Part shown: positions 56,167 through 64,000 of the stretch, one piece after another
How positions within the stretch are numbered: the stretch's first letter is position 1
Layout: each line of letters opens with the position of its first letter
Source of the DNA: Piromyces finnis finn
Lineage: Eukaryota; Fungi; Neocallimastigomycota
Assembly (NCBI GenBank): GCA_002104945.1
Contig: MCFH01000023.1
Coordinates: forward strand, 682,001 to 746,000
Length of the DNA: 64,000 nt
Direction: 5' to 3'
The notes under the pieces: model-generated
What the model was told of the DNA's origin: nothing
Seen by the model: only the letters and a program-made list of their open reading frames with translations
Database searches by the model: none
Program-made: the position numbers and the translations under genes

Positions 56167-56439
56167 ATGAGGGGAAAAAAAAAAAGTTAGAGTTATTAAT
56201 GACAAAAAATAAAAATATTTAACTACCAACAATAGATATCCATAGATAATATTAATATAATTGTTTATCAATATTTTCGAATATCTTAAAAAAAAAAAAA
56301 GACATTTAAAATTAATATCATACGTTTTCTATATAAACCAGTAATTTTTTATTATTAATATTTAACATATTGCTAATAAAGTTTTATATCAAATGAATCA
56401 TTATTTATTATTTTCCTTTTTTTTTTTTTTAATAATACA

Positions 56440-56820
56440 ATATATATTTTTCCATTATACATCAATAAATAGCATTTAAACATGCAGTCTTGTTATGTTG
56501 TATATACCTAAATGCCAGTATTCTTCAATTTTATCTATTGGAATTGGAAATTATATAAATTATATTGATCTTTTTCAACTTTTAATCATTGAATTTTTCA
56601 TTATGTATTATAAATTAATTCATTTCAACTAATTCTCCTCATTAATCTCATTTATCCATGAAATAAATTTAGAAAGTTAAAAATAATTTTTATCATTTAA
56701 ATATATGTTTGTGAAAAGTGGATTTTGCCGTAATCCTTTTATATATTAGTCTTTTATAATCTTAGTTAATTCATATTTATAGGTTAATATATTTTGAAAT
56801 AATTATCCTTATTACCAATT
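56440..56820 (-). pseudogene. Degenerate coding-like fragment (possible transposon relic)
   Basis: The minus strand reads YELTKIIKD*YIKGLRQNPLFTNIYLNDKNYF*LSKFISWINEINEEN*... and FPIPIDKIEEYWHLGIYNITRLHV, with repeated in-frame stops and a frameshift. GC is higher than in the flanks. Confidence 0.3.
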
Positions 56821-56931
56821 ATTTTGTATTTATTAGAAACATATTAAATATTTTTTTTTTTTTTTGAGTTTCACTATATTAAAAAAATTCTTTTTACTAA
56901 ATTGTTTTACTATTACTTTTTTATTGAATTC

Positions 56932-56965
<34 letters not shown>

Positions 56966-57638
56966 ACAAATATCACTTCTTGTGACATTTAACATTTGAT
57001 TATTTGATATTAATCATTATCATTAAAAGTAGTAAAAATAATAATAATAAATAAAGTTTTATTATAAATATTTAATATATAATTATTACATATGAAATCA
57101 AAATTCTTGTTTATATTGTTAATTCTACTTGAATTTAGATCATTTATTATTTTTTAAATTGAAAATTTAATTAAAAATTTTAAATATTATTGGAAGATTT
57201 CAATGAATGAAAAATGTTTATTGATGATTTTAATGTTTAAAAATACCTATTTTATACCTTTATTTTTAACAACTAAAAAACAAATAAATGCCTTTTTAAC
57301 CATAAATAAAAATATAATATTAATGTTTATTTTTTTTACAATAATATGTTTCTTTATTTTTTATTTTATTTTTTATTTTATTTTTTATTTTTTATTTATA
57401 TATTTTCTTTTCTAATTAGAGTTTAAATTAAATTAATAATTATAAAAAAAATTTATTCTATTGTAAAATTCTATTTTTAATAATCATTTTTTTTTTAACT
57501 TTTTTCTATTTATAAAGTTAAAATATACATATATATGCTTTTTTTTTTTAATAAATATGCCTTTTTATGATAATTATATATATTATGGTTTTATAATTTT
57601 TATAGTCTATATTTATATATAATTATCTATTACAAATT

Positions 57639-58515
57639 TTAAACTTCACTAAATTTCATTTTAGTAGAATCAACATCTGAAACATATCTTCTATTCCTAT
57701 TTTTGAAATTTTGTATGAATGAAAATATTAAACCAAAGATAGTCCAGAAAGCAATGACACCTATGTACATATAATACCAACCATTATTGGAAGTACTAAG
57801 GAATTTGTATATCCAATGATCACTTTTTTTATTGTATATAAAAAAAATTATTAGTATATTTATTTTTAATTTTTATTGTTAATTATATATATTATCATTT
57901 TTTACTATTCATTTAAATTACTTACTATATAGAATGATAGACTTGAACAAATATTAAATAGCATACACCAATTGTAAATGTTGGTATAAAGTGAGTAGCT
58001 TTGGATGGAACAGTAATAAGGAACCAATCAATTAATAAAAATACACTTTGAAGAACATGTTGTATAACTTGTTGAGCGTAGTGAGTAAATGTATAGTAGT
58101 AAGTTTGTAAATTTGGTAACATAACACCACAGAATATAAGTGTAACAATACAAGCAAGTGGGAATACCATATTGTAGAAAATGTGTATTAAAGTATGAAT
58201 AATTGAATTGCTAACTCTTCCTTTTAAAGTTCCATTATTATCTTTAATATGTAAAAAAATTGCTCCTAAGAAGTAAATCATAATCATAAAATATGTTTGA
58301 TTTGTAAAGAATGCAAAATATACTTTTCTTTGGTGTCTTTTTGTTTCTTCTGGGTTTGGATTTTCATATGCATATATAGAAGTATATAAACCATAGCATA
58401 ATATTACAAAAATAATAATTCTGTAATATAATAAAAATTTCTTTGAACCCTTGTATGGGGTTACCAATTGATAGAAATTGAATCCATTAGAACCGAAAAA
58501 AGTTTCAAAAGACAT
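57639..58515 (-). CDS. FAR-17a/AIG1-like (rolling-stone-like) multi-pass membrane protein, 2 exons
   Basis: AFFTNQTY in an early TM, QHVLQ and LIDWFL, then exon 2 DHWIYKFLS...; about 6 TM segments; stop at 57639. Confidence 0.7.
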
Positions 58516-60234
58516 TTTTGATAATTTAACTATATATCTATTTTTTTTGTTTGTTATTTTTGGTTTTATGATATTTTTTATATTTATATATATAGTAAAA
58601 AAAAATTATTTCTTTTTTTTTTTTAAATTCTTTTCTTAAATATATTAATTCATTAATTCATTTATTATATTGATAGTTATACTACTATTACTAGTATTTT
58701 TATTATTTATATATTTTTTTTTATCTATATATATAAATATTTTATTTTTTTTTATTTTATTTTTTACTTTTTTTAATAATTAAAATATTATTTTTTTTTT
58801 ATGGAAAAAAAAAGCCCTTTATATAAATTAAAATTGAATAATATTAAACCTTTTTTTATATAAAAAGAATAAAAATTTTATTATTAATAAAATTAATAAA
58901 TATAATTATTAATTTTACTGATCATCATGTATATCGCCATATTTTTATTTTAATTTTTTATTATACAATGCTAATTATTAATTATTCATATTGATTCATA
59001 TAGTTATTATTAATATAGTTTAATAATTTAATATAGTTTATTGTTTATATATAGCGGTATTTATTAATAATATATTCTATTATTGATATTATATATTAAA
59101 ATTGTTTACAATATAATATTAAAATATATTAAATATTAATAATTTACAATTTAATATAGTTTTGTTCCAATACAAAATGGTGCCATATTTAACTGTATAA
59201 TTCATTAACTTTTTAGGATAACAATTTTTTTAGGTAACACGGAAATAAGCCAATAAAATTTAAAAAATAGTAAAAATGAAATATTTAATATAATTAAACT
59301 TTTAACAAAATTAAAAAATTAGAAATTTGAAATAAAAAACTTGTGAAAATTTAAATATATTTAGATAATATTTTTTTTTAAACCTTTATTCCACAAATCT
59401 AATATCTTAATTTTTGATAGATTATTAATAATTATTTTTAAAATTTATATATAAACATTAAAAGTATTATAGCATTTATTATTATTTCTACAATAAATGC
59501 ATTGATAAACCGTTTTAATTATATAATATTTTATTAATATTATAATAGATAACTATTGCAATCAAAAATAAAAATAATAAAAGATATCGATAGGATTACA
59601 ATTTGATTTTTTTTAATATATAAATAATATAAAATTTGTATAGTTTAATAAATTAAATTAATATTAATAGATTATGTATACAATGCTTTTATATAAAAAA
59701 AACTTTAAAAAAAATGTATTAATTTAAAATTAATAAATTTTAACTCCTACAAAATTTTAATAAACTATAAAATTAAAATACACAAAGCGTGATAGTCATT
59801 TTAATAAGTGATTTATTTTGTTTAATATTAAAATTAATGTATCTTTCGCATTAATTTAAAAAATAGAGATTTTTATATAAATTTAATAAGGAAACAAAAA
59901 TAATAAATTATAGATTAATGAAAGCAACAATAATGATGAATTAATTTTAATTTTAATAAAGCATAATAAAATATAATGAAAGGTAGAATTTTACTTTAAC
60001 CACTTATTAATCTATATTTAATTTAAAAATTAAAAAATTAGATATTATTATGACAGCCTATATTGATTTTAAGATTTTATTTTTAATACATAATCCATAT
60101 TGAATAAGATTCTGTTTTCAATATATAATATATATAATATAAATTCCAATTTAATATTAATATTATTTGCAGTTCCTTAAAAATATTAAAAATGAAAATA
60201 TGATACATAATATGTTATTTATAAACTATTTTTT

Positions 60235-60313
60235 ATTTAAATAAAATTATATTGAATAGGAGGGAACAAAGTTGGTGTTACCTTCAATATTTTACATTTC
60301 AAGATTAAAAATA
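60235..60313. repeat. Diverged ~80-bp direct repeat, copy 1 (copy 2 at 61741-61826)
   Basis: Shared atttaaataaaattat.ttgaat..gagggaaca...gtgttacctt.aatattttacatttcaa.attaaaaata. Confidence 0.8.
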
Positions 60314-60778
60314 TAAAGATTAATAAAAGTATCAGTTTTATTTTTCTTACAACCTTCAGATTCCTTTATTAGTATTTCAATCTTTTCTTAATTATTATAA
60401 AATATATTTTAACACTATATTAGATTTTTACAAATATAATTATTTCATTTAATATTATATATTTTATTTATCTTTTTTTTTAGATATCATTTTATTTTAC
60501 AATTGTTATAAATATATATATATTAAATCATTATAGTATTAATATTATAATTGCATATGATTAATAAGAAAAACTAAAAAAAAAAAAAAAAACTATAAAT
60601 AGAATATATTCTAGTAAATTTAATTAAAATATCTAGCTATTATTCTTGAATATAATAAATATTTTTTAACTCGTTAAAATCCATTGTAAGCATTAAAATT
60701 TAAATAATCATTAAATATTATTTTTAATTGAATTATTGCTATAATTAAGTCTATATTGTTATAAACATAATGTTATTG

Positions 60779-61160
<382 letters not shown>

Positions 61161-61459
61161 TTTAAAAGTTATAACTATCATGTATCTATTTCATTTCCTT
61201 TAATAGAAAATAAATAAATACTCATTACTTAGGTTTAATGAATAAAACTTTTTTTTTTAAACTATCATCATAATAATATGATTTGATTTATTTTTCTATT
61301 TGTAAATAAAAATAATTTATTCTATAATTATATATTAATTGAGATATTTTAGAGCAATTTTATATTATTAATTGGCATCCTTTTTTATTATTCAAAAAAA
61401 ATTATAGCTATTCTTCTTAAAGTGGTTTAACCCATCTGTTATACTTAACATTTTCTAAA

Positions 61460-61565
61460 TTTATACTTTAATTTCATAAAAAATTAGCTTTCTTGATTAG
61501 CTTTTTTAGCTTTTTATACCTTCAATTTCAAAAAAAAATTAGCTTTCTTGATTAGCTTTTTTAGC
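61460..61565. repeat. About 52-bp tandem duplication containing TTAGC motifs
   Basis: aaaaattagctttcttgattagcttttttagc occurs twice, at about 61478 and 61534. Confidence 0.85.
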
Positions 61566-61740
61566 AATATTAAAAATATAACCTAAAATTATAATATTTA
61601 TAATACTAATATATTTATATATAATATATATAATATATTATTACCTACTTTTTTTAATTCACCCATAAAATAACAAGCAAAAAAAAAAATTTTAATCATC
61701 GATAATACAATTATAAAATAGGAAAAGATAATAGTAAATA

Positions 61741-61826
61741 ATTTAAATAAAATTATTTTGAATCAGAGGGAACATAATTAGTAATTAGTGTTACCTTTAA
61801 TATTTTACATTTCAATATTAAAAATA
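61741..61826. repeat. Diverged ~80-bp direct repeat, copy 2
   Basis: See the copy at 60235-60313. Confidence 0.8.
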
Positions 61827-62646
61827 ATGATAAAAATATAAAGAGAAATATAATTGTTTTTCAAATTTCTCCAAAACTTAAAAGCACAATAAAAAGAGGA
61901 GATATTATAATAATATAAAGTGAATATCTGAAATATTATTATGATTATCATAATATAAATTAATATATATATATATAAATATTATATTTTTATGTCACTT
62001 TTATTTTTTTTTTTTATATTATGTTAAAATAATATTTTATTGATAATATTCATTTCATTTTTTATTTTTTTTTTGGCAATAATTTTTTTAAAACTTTTAT
62101 TAAAGTATAGATACGTTTATTATAAAAAAAAAAAAAAAAAAAAGAGTTCAATTTTTAAAAAAAAATTATTAATATTTCTAAAACAAATAACCTAGAGTTC
62201 ATAATAACAACAAATAACGAATAGAGATCTACATATTATTTAAAAATATAATTAATAAATAAATTAATATATTGAAAAAAAAAAAAAAAAGTAGTTATTT
62301 CTCGATCATACACCCCCTTTCTTTACACATCAAAAAGACTTTTGACATTATATTTAAAGATATAATTTTTTTTTCAAGTATAAATTCTTATTTTCAATAC
62401 CGTCAACTTTTAAAGAATACTACCGATTAAATTAAGAATAATAAATATATTTTTTATAATAAACTAAAATATTAACCAAAATAAAAATTTTATTAAGAAA
62501 TGTTTACTTTTTATTAAAAAAAAAAAAAAAAAAAAAAAATACTTGTTAAAAATAAATGAATGAATATAAAAATATGATTTACTAAAAGAAAATAAAAAAA
62601 AAAAAAAGCTTTCCACTATTACATTTTAAATTCTACGCAATTTATA

Positions 62647-62651
<5 letters not shown>

Positions 62652-62714
<63 letters not shown>

Positions 62715-63047
62715 GGCATCAAATATTTTAAACTTTATTATTAATTTAATTAAAATTATAATACATGTAATATAAAAATTAAAATAAAATAAAAATAAAA
62801 AAAAATATGTTTAAATAAACACAAATGAATAAAAATTGGGTATAATGTATTCTAGTAATTTTAATTAAAGTAAGAAAGCCACTATCATACTAAAGTATAA
62901 TAATTGTATTTGACTTCCAATGGGACACCGAGCCAAAGATCAAAATTTTATCATGGGACAAAATTATGATCTCCATTGGTTGCGCTGGCCCTCCTGGCCT
63001 GTCTTACTGTTTCTTCAGCATTGACGCTCTTGGATGTTGCTTCAAAC
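62652..63047 (-). mobile_element. 5'-truncated retroposed insertion (LINE 3' end or processed retrocopy) with poly(A)60 and 14-bp target-site duplication
   Basis: Poly-T at 62652-62711; AATAAA on the minus strand 22 nt upstream of the tail (62734-62739); identical CAATTTATAATTAA at 62638-62651 and 63048-63061; GC-rich ORF remnant ending TGA TAA at 62953-62948. Confidence 0.88.
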
Positions 63048-63559
63048 CAATTTATAATTAAATCATTTCACCCTTATATATTAATGCAAAGCTCAAATTC
63101 AATTATCCATTTTAAACTTTAATCTTTTAATTTTTATTAGATAGTTTGTTTTTTAATTTTTATTTCTTTCATTTATTTTTCTTTTATTATTATTATTATT
63201 ATTATTATTCTATTTTCTTTTTTTAAGTTTTTATTTTTTTTATAATTTTAGAGTTTTTGAATTACAACTTTATAATAAAAATATTATGTTTTCAAAAATA
63301 AATATTTTATTTTACATAGTATATTCTTATAATATAAAAATTAATTTTCTTTTTTTTTTTTTTATTATTATTTCTTTATTGTTTTAAGGTAATTTTTTAA
63401 AAAATAAATTAAGATTTGTATAATTCTATTGAAACGTTTGAATTGTTATATAACAATATTTTATCGTTATATAGTCTATAAATAATTTAAAATAATTTAT
63501 ATTATATATATATAAATTATATTATAAATTTTATTTATTTAAATAAAAAAAATTGAAAT

Positions 63560-64000
63560 TTATTCTTCATCAGCGGAATCTTCAACTTCATCGGCAGAAT
63601 CTTCGACTTCATCAGCGGAAGCTGTAACTTCAATTTCATCAGCAGAATCTTCATCTTCATCAGCAGAAACAGTAACTTCAATAGTTTCAGTGACAACTGT
63701 AGTGGTGTAAATAATAGTTCTAGTAATAGTTGGCTTTTCAGTTTCTTCTTCAACAATTGAAGTAGTGGTTTCCTTTGGAATATATTCTTCACCACGGAAA
63801 GCAGCGGCCTCCTTTAAGATTTCTTCTGGATCAAAACCATATTCCTTACAAGCAAATTCAAATCTGTGCTTAATCCAACCCTTTAAACTTGGAACGACTG
63901 GGTTTTCTGGTTCAATAGAGAAATGATTTTGGAAATCTTCATAGGTATGAGTATTATCTTGACCCTTGAAATTAATTACACCTGGTAAACGACCATCAGC
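63560..64000 (-). CDS. 3' end of a secreted CotH-kinase-like protein with Thr-rich linker and acidic EDSADE repeats (partial)
   Basis: An open frame from the window edge reads ADGRLPGVINFKGQDNTHTYEDFQNHF...PSLKGWIKHRFEFACKEYGFD...SADEE*. It resembles the T..DF.....LK.WI..R C-terminal motif of fungal CotH proteins. Codon usage is C-rich. Confidence 0.6.
   Translation of the reverse strand, partial: ADGRLPGVINFKGQDNTHTYEDFQNHFSIEPENPVVPSLKGWIKHRFEFACKEYGFDPEEILKEAAAFRGEEYIPKETTTSIVEEETEKPTITRTIIYTTTVVTETIEVTVSADEDEDSADEIEVTASADEVEDSADEVEDSADEE

Noticed and set aside
63535-63795. 86-aa Leu/Lys-rich minus-strand ORF
   Set aside because: It is the wrong frame of the CotH-like gene's 3' end.

Overview
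Extremely AT-rich (roughly 80-85% by eye), intron-rich eukaryotic DNA. It is most consistent with an anaerobic gut fungus (Neocallimastigomycota), based on a flagellar gene, a CotH-like gene, short GT-AG introns and long homopolymer/(TTA)n tracts. I reconstructed about 19 mostly spliced protein-coding genes by hand: a truncated large protein with a GH114-like N-terminus (Gtb3/GT4-type), an Sfp-type PPTase, CFAP157, an acidic repeat protein, dymeclin, a MATA-type HMG-box factor, TBC1D20/Gyp8, an AVT amino-acid transporter, two hypothetical/coiled-coil genes, a BRI3-like zinc-ribbon protein, a Cys-rich/TM/SH3 receptor-like protein, HUT1, MRT4, YOP1/REEP, an orphan, a TRAF-zinc-finger+SPRY protein, a bacterial-like SRPBCC protein, a FAR-17a/AIG1-like membrane protein and the 3' end of a CotH-like gene. 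I saw no rRNA, tRNA or CRISPR array. The most notable observations are (1) a candidate galactosaminogalactan/Pel-type exopolysaccharide synthase at the left edge, (2) a 396-bp retroposed insertion with a 60-nt poly(A) tail and a perfect 14-bp target-site duplication at 62652-63047, (3) a MAT1-2-1-like HMG gene in a lineage with no described sex, and (4) a Cys-rich-TM-SH3 receptor-like gene. Family assignments come from remembered motifs, not database searches. Some exon boundaries are approximate.
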